DNA of 64,000 nucleotides from Calditrichales bacterium. GTDB taxonomy: Bacteria; Calditrichota; Calditrichia; Calditrichales; J004. The DNA lies in contig OZ254086.1 in assembly GCA_965267575.1 (NCBI GenBank), positions 1,568,001 to 1,632,000 on the forward strand, given 5' to 3'. Positions 1 through 9,133 of this stretch are shown here, in pieces (position 1 is the first letter of the stretch; the number at the start of each line of letters is the position of its first letter). A model generated the notes under the pieces. The model had not been told where the DNA came from. It saw nothing but the letters and a program-made list of their open reading frames with translations, and made no database searches. The translations under genes were made by a program, and so were the position numbers.

Positions 1-420
1 ATTGACATGGCCTATAAGAAAAAATGGCCGTTGATTATTCTTTCCGCCTCCGGCGGCGCGCGCATGCACGAAGGCGTGCTGAGCCTGATGCAGCTGGCCA
101 AAACAAGCGCCAAACTGGCCCGCCTGGCCGACAAAGGCATCCCCTACATCTCTATATTAACCAACCCGACCACCGGCGGCACCACCGCCAGCTACGCCAT
201 GCTCGGTGATATCAATCTTGCCGAACCCGGAGCTTTGATCGGTTTTGCCGGCCCGCGCGTGATCAAGCAGACCATCGGTCAGGATTTGCCCGAAGGATTC
301 CAGCGCTCGGAGTTTGTGCGCGACCACGGCTTCCTGGACACGATCGTCCACCGCCACGATTTAAAAGAGCGGCTGGCGAATATGATCGAATTTTTCCGGC
401 ACAGCAATCCGGCAAAATAG
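1..420 (+). CDS. accD: Acetyl-CoA carboxylase carboxyltransferase beta subunit (3' part; gene starts before the window)
   Basis: [20 protein letters not shown] and [15 protein letters not shown] motifs; the frame is open from position 1. Confidence 0.95.
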   Translation: MDMAYKKKWPLIILSASGGARMHEGVLSLMQLAKTSAKLARLADKGIPYISILTNPTTGGTTASYAMLGDINLAEPGALIGFAGPRVIKQTIGQDLPEGFQRSEFVRDHGFLDTIVHRHDLKERLANMIEFFRHSNPAK

Positions 421-423
421 ATT

Positions 424-1191
424 ATGACTCAAAAAAAAATTCTGGTGACTAATGACGACGGCATTTACTCTGCCGGTATTCTGGCGTTGGTTAACGCGAT
501 GCAGGAGCTGGGTCATGTCGATGTTGTGGCGCCGCTGGCTGAAAAAAGCGCCGTGGGTCACGCTATCACGGTTTCCGATCCGTTGCGCGTGCAGCAGGTG
601 GAGCGTTTTGGACGTTTCTTTGGCCATGCCGTAAACGGAACGCCCGCGGACTGCGTCAAGATCGCCATAAAATGCCTGCTGGATGATCTGCCTGATATTG
701 TCGTCAGCGGCATCAACCAGGGCTCCAACACCGCCACCAATGTGATTTACTCCGGCACCGTTTCCGCCGCTGCCGAAGGTGTGATCATGGGCATACCCTC
801 CATTGCCATTTCCCTCACCAGTTTTACCAACCGCGATTTTTCCTATGCCGCCAAAATTGCCCGGCATATTTCATCCCTCGTCCTGGAAAAAGGTCTGCCG
901 CCGCGCACGCTGCTCAACGTAAACGTGCCGCCTTTGGATGAAGAGCAGGTAAAGGGCGTGGAAGCTGCGCGCCAGGGTATGGGTCGCTACGAAGAGGTTT
1001 TTGATGAGCGCCAGGACCCGATGAAGCGCACCTACTACTGGATGGCCGGCAAGCGCATGGTGCTCGATGACGATGAGGATGTTGACGATGTTGTTGTGAT
1101 GCACAACAAGGTTGCCATCACACCGATTCAATATGATTTGACGCATTATGATTTCCTGAAGGAATTAAAAACATGGAAGCTAAAGCCTTAG
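424..1191 (+). CDS. surE: 5'/3'-nucleotidase SurE
   Basis: [23 protein letters not shown] and YSGTV motifs. Confidence 0.96.
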   Translation: MTQKKILVTNDDGIYSAGILALVNAMQELGHVDVVAPLAEKSAVGHAITVSDPLRVQQVERFGRFFGHAVNGTPADCVKIAIKCLLDDLPDIVVSGINQGSNTATNVIYSGTVSAAAEGVIMGIPSIAISLTSFTNRDFSYAAKIARHISSLVLEKGLPPRTLLNVNVPPLDEEQVKGVEAARQGMGRYEEVFDERQDPMKRTYYWMAGKRMVLDDDEDVDDVVVMHNKVAITPIQYDLTHYDFLKELKTWKLKP

Positions 1192-2726
1192 GCCACGAAA
1201 CCATACTTATTTTGGATTTCGGCTCCCAGTATACACAGCTTATCGCCCGGCGCGTACGCGAGAGTGGTGTCTACTGCGAGATACAGCCTTTTAACCACGA
1301 TCTGGCAGAATATAAAAGCAGCAGGCTGAAAGGGATTATCCTTTCCGGAAGCCCTTCATCTGTTTACGATGACAACGCGCCCATCCCTGAAAAGGTGTTT
1401 ATGGACATGAATGTGCCGGTGCTGGGTATCTGTTACGGCCTGCAGCTGCTGACCTTTCTCAACAACGGCAAGGTCAAGGCCTCGGATAAAAAAGAGTACG
1501 GCCGAGCCGCCATCCGCGTAAAAGACGCCTCAACGATTTTTCACGACATACCGCAGCTTTTCGATGTCTGGATGAGCCACGGCGATAAAGTGCTTGAAAT
1601 ACCCAAGGGTTTTAAGGCGATCGCTGAAACGGACAACGCCCCCTTTGCCGCCATTGAGCACGAGAGCGGCCATTATTTTGGATTGCAGTTTCACCCCGAG
1701 GTGGTGCATACGCAAAACGGCAAAGCGATCCTGGGCAATTTTCTGTTCCGCGTTTGTGGCTGCAGCGGCGACTGGTCGGCAAAATCTTTTATCAAGGAAA
1801 GTGTTGAAGCCATCCGCCGGCAAGTGGGCGATAAGCGCGTGCTGTGCGGGCTCAGCGGCGGGGTCGATTCCAGCGTAGCAGCGGTTTTGATCCATAAAGC
1901 TATCGGTGAGCAGCTGCATTGCATATTTGTGGATACCGGTCTGTTGCGCAAGGACGAGGCCGCCCAGGTTGAAAAGACCTTTAACGAAAATATCAAGATT
2001 CCCCTTACCTGCGTCGATAGTTCCAAGACTTTTTTTGCAGCCCTTGAAGATGTGACCGATCCCGAACGCAAAAGAAAGATCATCGGCCACCAGTTTATCA
2101 ATGTGTTTGAGCGCGAAGCCCGCAAGCTTGGCGACTTTGATTTCCTGGCGCAGGGCACGCTCTATCCCGATGTGATTGAGAGTGTCTCGTTTAAGGGGCC
2201 TTCGGCAACGATAAAATCGCACCACAATGTGGGTGGTTTGCCGGAGAAGATGGGCTTTAAACTGGTGGAGCCGCTGCGCGAACTGTTTAAAGATGAAGTG
2301 CGCGAGGTGGGCCGCGAACTGGGCATCCCGGAAATAATCCTGGGGCGTCATCCTTTTCCGGGGCCGGGTCTGGCCGTGCGCGTCCTGGGCGCCATCACCG
2401 AAAAGCGGGTGGCAACATTGCAGGATGCCGACGCGATCTATATTGAAGAACTGCACAAGGCCGGGATCTACGATGAGATCTGGCAGGCTTTTGCCGTGAT
2501 ACTGCCGGTAAACACAGTGGGTGTTATGGGCGATGCACGAACCTATGAGGCAGTGGTGGGTCTGCGCGCCGTTACCAGCACCGACGGCATGACCGCCGAC
2601 TGGTACCAGATGCCTTACGAGGTGCTTGCTAAAACCTCCAACCGCATCATCAATGAGGTGGAGGGCGTGAACCGCGTGGTGTACGACGTAAGCTCCAAGC
2701 CACCGGCGACAATTGAATGGGAATAA
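1173..2726 (+). CDS. guaA: GMP synthase (glutamine-hydrolysing)
   Basis: [33 protein letters not shown]-loop, C-terminal KPPATIEWE. Confidence 0.98.
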   Translation: MEAKALGHETILILDFGSQYTQLIARRVRESGVYCEIQPFNHDLAEYKSSRLKGIILSGSPSSVYDDNAPIPEKVFMDMNVPVLGICYGLQLLTFLNNGKVKASDKKEYGRAAIRVKDASTIFHDIPQLFDVWMSHGDKVLEIPKGFKAIAETDNAPFAAIEHESGHYFGLQFHPEVVHTQNGKAILGNFLFRVCGCSGDWSAKSFIKESVEAIRRQVGDKRVLCGLSGGVDSSVAAVLIHKAIGEQLHCIFVDTGLLRKDEAAQVEKTFNENIKIPLTCVDSSKTFFAALEDVTDPERKRKIIGHQFINVFEREARKLGDFDFLAQGTLYPDVIESVSFKGPSATIKSHHNVGGLPEKMGFKLVEPLRELFKDEVREVGRELGIPEIILGRHPFPGPGLAVRVLGAITEKRVATLQDADAIYIEELHKAGIYDEIWQAFAVILPVNTVGVMGDARTYEAVVGLRAVTSTDGMTADWYQMPYEVLAKTSNRIINEVEGVNRVVYDVSSKPPATIEWE

Positions 2727-2746
2727 AATTAACGGAGTAAAACTCT

Positions 2747-4573
2747 ATGTGTGGAATTGTAGGATACATTGGCAAAAAAGACGCCGCACCGATTTTGCTG
2801 ACAGGCCTGAAGCGCCTGGAATATCGCGGCTACGACAGCGCCGGTATCGCCGTGATGAACGGCAACGGGATGGAAATGGTCAAAGAAGTCGGCAAGATCG
2901 CTAACCTGGAAAAGGCGCTTAATACGCAGCCGCTGAAAGGTAACATAGGCATAGGCCATACGCGCTGGGCCACCCACGGTGAACCCAACCAGCATAACGC
3001 CCACCCGCATACCGACGGCAGCGGCAACATCGCCATTATCCATAACGGCATCATAGAGAATTATGCTTCGCTGCGCACTATGCTGCGGGAAAAGGGCCAC
3101 GTGTTCAAATCCGATACGGATACGGAGATCCTTGCCCACCTGATCGAAGAGTTTTACGAAAAGGATGTGGAAAAAGCGATCCGCGCTGCACTACAGGAAA
3201 TTGAAGGCACCTACGGCGTTGCCATCATCAGCCAGTATGATCCGGAGAAAATTTTTGTTGCCCGTAAAGGCAGCCCCATCGTCATCGGCGTCGGCAAGGA
3301 CGAGTATTTTGTCGCCTCGGACGTTACCCCGCTGGTGGCCCATACCCGCGATGTGTTTTACCTCGATGACTATGAAATGGCCATCATCACACGCGACGGC
3401 GTTACCACAAAAACAATCGAAAATAAGAAGACCGAAAAGAAGGTTGAGCGCATTAATTTTGAGCTGGAAGCCATTGAAAAAGGCGGCTTTGACCACTTTA
3501 TGCTCAAAGAGATTTATGAGCAGCCCAAAACGATCATGGATGCCATGCGCGGCCGCGTGATCAAGGAAGAAGGCATCGTGAAGCTGGGCGGCCTGGATAA
3601 GGTGGAAGACAAACTGGTTAATGCCAACAAGGTGATCATTACCGCTTCCGGCACGTCGTGGCACGCCGGCTTGATCGGTGAATACCTGATAGAGGAATTT
3701 TGCCGCATCCCCTGTGAGGTGGAGTACGCTTCGGAATTCCGCTATCGCGACCCGATTGTTTCCAAGGGTGATGTAGTGATTGCCATTTCGCAGTCCGGTG
3801 AAACGGCCGATACGCTGGCCGCTTTGCGCGAAGCAAGGCACAAAGGCGCCACGGTTGTCGGAATAGTGAATGCCGTGGGTTCGACGATCGCGCGTGAAAC
3901 CGACGCCGGTGTCTATATCCATGCGGGACCGGAGATCGGCGTGGCCAGCACCAAGGCCTTTACCTCGCAGGTAACCGTCCTGGCGCTGATTACGACAATG
4001 ATCGCGCGGCGCAAAAATATGAGCTCGGAAATGGGCCATACCATGGTCGAGGAATTGCTGCGCATCCCTGAAAAAGTACAAATCATACTGCACCAGAACG
4101 ATTACATCCGCGATTTCGCACGGCAGTACAAAGACGCCCGCAACTTCCTCTACCTGGGACGCGGCTATAATTTCCCCGTAGCCCTGGAAGGCGCGCTTAA
4201 GCTGAAGGAAATCTCCTACATCCATGCCGAGGGTTACCCGGCCGCGGAGATGAAGCACGGGCCCATTGCGCTGATCGATGAGGATATGCCGGTGGTCTTT
4301 GTCGCTACAAAAGACGCGATTTATGATAAGGTGATTAGCAACATCGAAGAGGTGAAAGCGCGCGGCGGACGTATTTTCTGCATCGCCACGCAGGGGGATG
4401 ATAAGATCACCGAGTATGCCGATCACGTGGTTTATATCCCGGAGACACTGCAGGCGCTGACGCCTCTGCTGTCGGTGATCCCGCTGCAACTGCTTTCCTA
4501 CCATGTGGCCGTTATGCGCGGCTGCGATGTGGACCAGCCCCGTAACCTGGCCAAAAGCGTCACGGTTGAATAA
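2747..4573 (+). CDS. glmS: Glutamine--fructose-6-phosphate aminotransferase
   Basis: MCGIVG N-terminus, GHTRWATHG, SQSGETADT, PRNLAKSVTVE C-terminus. Confidence 0.98.
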   Translation: MCGIVGYIGKKDAAPILLTGLKRLEYRGYDSAGIAVMNGNGMEMVKEVGKIANLEKALNTQPLKGNIGIGHTRWATHGEPNQHNAHPHTDGSGNIAIIHNGIIENYASLRTMLREKGHVFKSDTDTEILAHLIEEFYEKDVEKAIRAALQEIEGTYGVAIISQYDPEKIFVARKGSPIVIGVGKDEYFVASDVTPLVAHTRDVFYLDDYEMAIITRDGVTTKTIENKKTEKKVERINFELEAIEKGGFDHFMLKEIYEQPKTIMDAMRGRVIKEEGIVKLGGLDKVEDKLVNANKVIITASGTSWHAGLIGEYLIEEFCRIPCEVEYASEFRYRDPIVSKGDVVIAISQSGETADTLAALREARHKGATVVGIVNAVGSTIARETDAGVYIHAGPEIGVASTKAFTSQVTVLALITTMIARRKNMSSEMGHTMVEELLRIPEKVQIILHQNDYIRDFARQYKDARNFLYLGRGYNFPVALEGALKLKEISYIHAEGYPAAEMKHGPIALIDEDMPVVFVATKDAIYDKVISNIEEVKARGGRIFCIATQGDDKITEYADHVVYIPETLQALTPLLSVIPLQLLSYHVAVMRGCDVDQPRNLAKSVTVE

Positions 4574-4586
4574 AGGTAATCAGAAA

Positions 4587-4622
4587 ACAAACAAGCCGCC
4601 TTCAAGGCGGCTTTTTTGTTTG
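4587..4622 (+). terminator. Intrinsic terminator after glmS (A-rich upstream, may act bidirectionally)
   Basis: AAGCCGCC-ttcaa-GGCGGCTT stem followed by a T-run. Confidence 0.85.
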
Positions 4623-4649
4623 GGGCTACTTCACATGCTCTTCGTAATA

Positions 4650-4712
4650 AACCGATGAATCGGTTATCCGGTCTTTTTTTTCGTGCCTAAATCCCACGAC
4701 TGAAGTCGTGGG
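4650..4712. repeat. Two short palindromes, REP-like
   Basis: AACCGAT-ga-ATCGGTT (4650-4665) and CCCACGAC-tgaa-GTCGTGGG (4693-4712). Confidence 0.65.
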
Positions 4713-4733
4713 TTATCGATAATTCTGTTTTTT

Positions 4734-6077
4734 TTAATTTGATTTGAATATGAGAGCGTTATTGTTGGGTGAAGCTAAATCATATCCAACCGCACACACT
4801 ACATTTCTTAATGCGTGTATCTGCTTAAAAGCGCCATCAAAATCGAATGGTATTTCATGCCAGGATGCGCCGTTATAATGCGCCATAAAAGCGAGATCAC
4901 CTACAATGAATATGTCATTGATAGCACTCATTGAAAGCGAGCGTGGAAATCCGCTATAATGATGCTCAGGATATTTAGCGCGTTGGTAAGAGCCAGGGAG
5001 ATTTAATGAGTATGTATAGATGCCGCGGCTGGTAAGAATGTAATTTGTGTTGTTAGAAACAGCTCCGGAAACAAGACTGCCTGAGAGAGTATCGACCCTT
5101 AGTCTAAAATATTCCTCACTTTCATAAAGCGTTTCTATTGTATTTCCATTAATCTTGATTAGCACAGTCCCTTTAAAATCTTCCCAGCCGCATGCCCACA
5201 CCGTTTTGCCATCAGGCGTACCCCAGACATCGGTCAGGTTCACATCCGTGCCGCTTTGCAGCTTCGTCCAGCTTTGCCCGTCGTAGTGGACAATTAGCCC
5301 TGAATTACCAACTCCATAAATTTCGCCAGTACCTGAATGCCACAACTTTTCTACTGTCTCATTTGTTGAGATATCTCTTCGATAGAAAAGAGTAGCAATA
5401 TGGCCTTTCCAATGATATACGCTGCCTGCTGCCAACCAAATGCTGCTGTCATTTTCCACGCTTATTCCACGAATCACGCTTATCCTATCCTCAGAGGTTC
5501 TCATGAAATTAAACATTTCCCATTTCTCCCCATCCCAGTGTACGGCGTTGTACTCTTCAATTTCACCGGCGGAGTCGGCCACGCTTATCCGGCCAACGGC
5601 CCAGATGTTGTTTTCATTAACAATAGCCACGTCGTTCAGGTAGCTGCTTCCGCCGGCGCCACCAAATTCGTACACCTGCCAGCTAAAGTTGTGGCCGGTG
5701 GTATCCATGGTGCGGCGGTTAAAGGCAAAGCGGTACCATTGCTGTTGCGTGCTGTCTTTGGCCAGCCATAGCTCGTAGAGGTAGTTTTCATTGGGCTGCA
5801 AATTGTCGTCGTAGAAGGCGGTGTCGTTGCCGGTCAGTACGTGGCGGAAGAGCAGTGTGTCGTCTAGGGTGTCTTTTACGTTGGCGCGGGTCAGCGCGGC
5901 CAGGACCGGCAGGCGGGCGTTCTGTAATTGCAGGCGCAGGCCCAGCCTTGTCAGGCCGGTGTCGCTTACAGTCAGCATGGCGGCAGGCTCCACGTTGCCG
6001 TTCTCCGGCGGGTCGGTCGGCTGCTCGCTGCAACAGACAAACAGCATAAACAAAATCGCAACGGCTATCTTTTTCAT
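4734..6077 (-). CDS. Hypothetical lipoprotein with Fn3-like N-terminal part and WD40/YVTN-like beta-propeller repeats (start may be 6095)
   Basis: Signal MKKIAVAILFMLFVC-C; repeated motifs IWAVG, HWDGEKW, HYDGQSW, HYNGASW. Confidence 0.75.
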   Translation of the reverse strand: MKKIAVAILFMLFVCCSEQPTDPPENGNVEPAAMLTVSDTGLTRLGLRLQLQNARLPVLAALTRANVKDTLDDTLLFRHVLTGNDTAFYDDNLQPNENYLYELWLAKDSTQQQWYRFAFNRRTMDTTGHNFSWQVYEFGGAGGSSYLNDVAIVNENNIWAVGRISVADSAGEIEEYNAVHWDGEKWEMFNFMRTSEDRISVIRGISVENDSSIWLAAGSVYHWKGHIATLFYRRDISTNETVEKLWHSGTGEIYGVGNSGLIVHYDGQSWTKLQSGTDVNLTDVWGTPDGKTVWACGWEDFKGTVLIKINGNTIETLYESEEYFRLRVDTLSGSLVSGAVSNNTNYILTSRGIYTYSLNLPGSYQRAKYPEHHYSGFPRSLSMSAINDIFIVGDLAFMAHYNGASWHEIPFDFDGAFKQIHALRNVVCAVGYDLASPNNNALIFKSN

Positions 6078-6238
6078 TATCCTAATCATTATCATTTTCT
6101 GTTACGCAGTTTAGCCTGTTTCCAAAAGACGGTCAAGGCGTTTTGAGCAAGCGGGGTTTACGGTATATAAAAGATAACGAAAATGCGAATGAGAAAGAAT
6201 AGGAGATGTGGGAGTAAATTTCCTGTAACCGGATATAG

Positions 6239-6264
6239 TGGATTCCTGCCTTCGCAGGAATGAC
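6239..6264. repeat. REP palindrome (GTCATTCC...GGAATCC family)
   Basis: TGGATTCCTGCCTTCGCAGGAATGAC; its reverse complement matches 33670-33694 at 23/25. Confidence 0.85.
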
Positions 6265-6303
6265 TGCTATCAGCTTCACCAGTTAGGGACCGAGACAAAA
6301 ACT

Positions 6304-6333
6304 CTTCATGATCTTCATACCCTTCATGGTGAA
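6304..6333. repeat. 9-bp periodic repeat, CTTCATnnn x3
   Basis: CTTCATGAT-CTTCATACC-CTTCATGGT-GAA. Confidence 0.6.
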
Positions 6334-6366
6334 AAAATTGAGAACCGTCATCCCGCCGGGAGTTGT

Positions 6367-6459
6367 AAAAGATCAGGAGCATGATCATGATCAAGATGAC
6401 ATCAAGACTTCAAAACTTCCTGACCTCAAGACCCCATGACCTCTGAACTTCAAGACTTA
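6367..6459. repeat. Composite 6-mer (GA[T/G]CA[T/A/G]) plus 8-mer (GACTTCAA-like x7) array, copy 1
   Basis: AAAA-GATCAG-GAGCAT-GATCAT-GATCAA-GAT followed by GACATCAA GACTTCAA AACTTCCT GACCTCAA GACCCCAT GACCTCTG AACTTCAA GACTTA; related copies at 24605 and 34512. Confidence 0.85.
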
Positions 6460-6533
6460 CACCACAATTCTCTCTTGCCGTTTTTGTGCGTCTGTCCTAA
6501 CTTAACCGCTTAATCGAAAAAGCCGAGGGAACC

Positions 6534-8396
6534 ATGCGACGTTACCTGTGGATATCCGCCGCACTGTTTTTAACATTTCATTTTTTAAGCGCCCAGAATG
6601 CTTCATCGCGGGAGTGGACAATCTTCCGTAAAGGCGTTGCCGAATACCAGAAGGGCAATTACGAGCTGGCCCGCCAGAGCTTCAGCCTGATGATCAGCAA
6701 ACTGCCCAACAGCGCGCTGACCACCGCCAACTACCTGATGCTGGCAAAGACCCATTATAAAATGGGCGAATACACCACGGCCCTCGAGCAGGCCGCTGCC
6801 TTTAAGCGCGATTTTCCCAACAGCAGCTATACCGACGACATGAGCTATCTGCAGGCCAACAGCTACTACCGCATGGATCGCGTCGACCGCGCCGTATTGC
6901 AATGGCTGGAAGTGGCCTTTAGCGGCACCGATGACCGCCTGCGCCAGAAAGCGCTGGAACATGCCGATGCGGCGATCCGCCATAAACTGAAACGTGACCG
7001 CGTGGAAAGCCTGGCCGATGAATATACGGGTACGCCGCAGGGTGCAGCCTTCCGCTACCACCTGGCATTGAACGATAAGGAAAGCGGCCGCCTGGAAAAG
7101 GCGCGCAACACCCTGCGTCTGCTGGCGGCAACGCCGGGCAGCGGCCTTTATGGCGACCGCGCTAAAAACCTGCTGGACCAGATGGAGGGACGCGCCGTGT
7201 CAGGCAGCGTTTCACAACCCAGGATCGCGCTTTTGCTGCCACTCAGCGGGCCCAATGCGGAAGTCGGGAAATCGATGCGCAGCGGCATTAAGCTGGCGCT
7301 GGATGAACACAATGCCGCGGCCGGCCAAAAACTGGAACTGCGCGAGTTTGACTATGAAACAAGGCTGATTCCGGCATTACGGCATATGAACAGCATCTCG
7401 GCGGATCCGTCCATCGTGGCGGTCATTGGTCCGCTGGAAAATGACATTGCCGCCGCCTGTGCCGCGCTGGCCGATCATCTTGGGCTTGCCCTTATCAGCC
7501 CCACCGCCTCCGCCGGCGAGATCACCGAAATCTCCGAAAATGCAATCCTGCTGGCCCCGACAATCGACGCCATGGCGACGGAACTGGGCCGTTTCGCTTT
7601 TGATTCGCTGCGTGTACGGCATGCCGCCTCCCTGGCCCCGCTGGATGATTATTTTGTAAAAATGGTGGAGCAGTTTGCCGGCCAGGCCAAGGCGGACAGC
7701 GCTTCGCTCATCGCCCAGGAATGGTACTATCCCGGTGACCAGGATTTTAAAAAACAGTTTCAAAGTCTTAAGCGGATTGGCTTAAAGCTGGAATTCCGCG
7801 ATTCCGTGGAACAGGAGTATGGCGTGCTTTCGCAGCAGCGCCTGGATTCTCTATATCGCGCCTGGCGCAAAACCGAACTGGAACGGCATAAGGAAGAGAA
7901 GGTTAAGATCGACTCGGTGGATATTCCGGTTAATGCTTACGGCGCGCTCTTTTTGCCCGTCTTCAGCGACGACATCAGCTTAATTGCCGCGCAGTATGCT
8001 TTTGCCAATTTTAACACACAGCTTCTCGGTAATTCCGACTGGTACGATGAGGAGCTGCTGCGCCGCAACCGCAACTATCTGGACGGAATGGTCTTTGTGA
8101 GTGACGGCTACATGAATGAAGAGGGCTGGGAGTACAAGCAGTTTCGCAACAACTTCCGCAACAGTCTCAAAACAACGCCGGACCATTTCGCGCTGATCGG
8201 ATACGACAGCTTCAAGTTTATCAGCCGGGCTTTTCAAAACGCCGGCGACATCAGCCGCAGCAATATGATTGATCGCATCACCTCGCTGGACAGGCACAAC
8301 GGTATTTACCGCCGTTTTTCCGTGGGCGATAAACGCTACAACTCCGGGCTGTTTCTGCTGCGCTACAAGTTCGGCCAAATAATCCCCGTCCGCTGA
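6534..8396 (+). CDS. Exported TPR + periplasmic-binding-fold protein (LpoA/LppC-like penicillin-binding protein activator)
   Basis: Signal peptide, N-terminal TPR helices, then IALLLPLSG and VAVIGPL of the type-1 periplasmic-binding fold. Confidence 0.7.
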   Translation: MRRYLWISAALFLTFHFLSAQNASSREWTIFRKGVAEYQKGNYELARQSFSLMISKLPNSALTTANYLMLAKTHYKMGEYTTALEQAAAFKRDFPNSSYTDDMSYLQANSYYRMDRVDRAVLQWLEVAFSGTDDRLRQKALEHADAAIRHKLKRDRVESLADEYTGTPQGAAFRYHLALNDKESGRLEKARNTLRLLAATPGSGLYGDRAKNLLDQMEGRAVSGSVSQPRIALLLPLSGPNAEVGKSMRSGIKLALDEHNAAAGQKLELREFDYETRLIPALRHMNSISADPSIVAVIGPLENDIAAACAALADHLGLALISPTASAGEITEISENAILLAPTIDAMATELGRFAFDSLRVRHAASLAPLDDYFVKMVEQFAGQAKADSASLIAQEWYYPGDQDFKKQFQSLKRIGLKLEFRDSVEQEYGVLSQQRLDSLYRAWRKTELERHKEEKVKIDSVDIPVNAYGALFLPVFSDDISLIAAQYAFANFNTQLLGNSDWYDEELLRRNRNYLDGMVFVSDGYMNEEGWEYKQFRNNFRNSLKTTPDHFALIGYDSFKFISRAFQNAGDISRSNMIDRITSLDRHNGIYRRFSVGDKRYNSGLFLLRYKFGQIIPVR

Positions 8397-9133
8397 TGCA
8401 GTTGATCCGTTTTGACATTTTTCGCGATACCCCGCTTGTGCAGGCGTTTTCCACGCGCCGTGGGGGCGTCAGCAACGGGCCGTTCAGCAGCTTAAACCTG
8501 GGCCGTTCCACCGCCGATGACGCGCACAACGTGGAACACAATCGCCGGCTTTTTTTTGATGAGCTGAATGTGGAGGCTGAGCAATTGGTTTTTCCGCAAC
8601 AGGTACATTCGGCGCATGCTGAGATTGCCTCCACGCCCGGTGTTGTTGCCAACTGCGACGCGCTGATTACGGCCACGCCGGGATTGTATTTGACCATTCA
8701 GACGGCCGATTGCTTTCCGGTTTTTCTGTATGAGGCGGACAAAGGTGTCGTGGCGCTGATACACTCCGGCTGGCGCGGAACGGCAGCATCGATTTGCAGC
8801 AATACGATCGCTAAAATGGTTGAAGCGTTTGGCTGCCGGCCCGAAAAGATGCTGGCGGCGATCGGGCCGGGCATCACGCAAAAAAATTACCAGGTGGACG
8901 AAAAAACCGCGGCGCAGTTTTCCGGTGATCACCTTTTGCCGGACGGTCCCGGCCATTACCGGCTGGATGTGCGCGGAGCGATAGTGCGTCAGCTTGTCGA
9001 CGCCGGCCTCCCGCTGAGCCGTATTGAAATTGATGAGCGCTGCACCTTTGAAAACAAAGAGCTGTTTTATTCATACCGTCGCGATGGCCAAGAGTCCGGC
9101 CGCATGATGGGTGTTTTGGGAATGAAGCGATAA
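8396..9133 (+). CDS. pgeF: Peptidoglycan editing factor PgeF / YfiH (purine nucleoside phosphorylase-laccase family)
   Basis: FSTRRGGVS, QVHS, TADCFPV, HSGWRG, FYSYRRD motifs. Confidence 0.92.
   Translation: MQLIRFDIFRDTPLVQAFSTRRGGVSNGPFSSLNLGRSTADDAHNVEHNRRLFFDELNVEAEQLVFPQQVHSAHAEIASTPGVVANCDALITATPGLYLTIQTADCFPVFLYEADKGVVALIHSGWRGTAASICSNTIAKMVEAFGCRPEKMLAAIGPGITQKNYQVDEKTAAQFSGDHLLPDGPGHYRLDVRGAIVRQLVDAGLPLSRIEIDERCTFENKELFYSYRRDGQESGRMMGVLGMKR

Noticed and set aside
2727-2746. Possible glmS ribozyme upstream of glmS
   Set aside because: Only 20 bp separate guaA and glmS, leaving no room.
3191-4504. 437-aa minus-strand ORF, and similar long antisense ORFs (1530-2456, 28752-29624, 30393-31337, 38874-40061)
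   Set aside because: Each lies antisense to a well-supported gene, has no recognisable motif, and is the expected shadow of biased codon usage.
6158-6394. 78-aa ORF (MIMIMLLIF...HSCEGRNP)
   Set aside because: It is a translation of the repeat modules (6-mer array, 9-mer array, REP), not a credible protein.
6367-6459. CRISPR array interpretation of the intergenic repeats
   Set aside because: Units are 6-9 bp, contiguous, have no unique spacers, and there are no cas genes.
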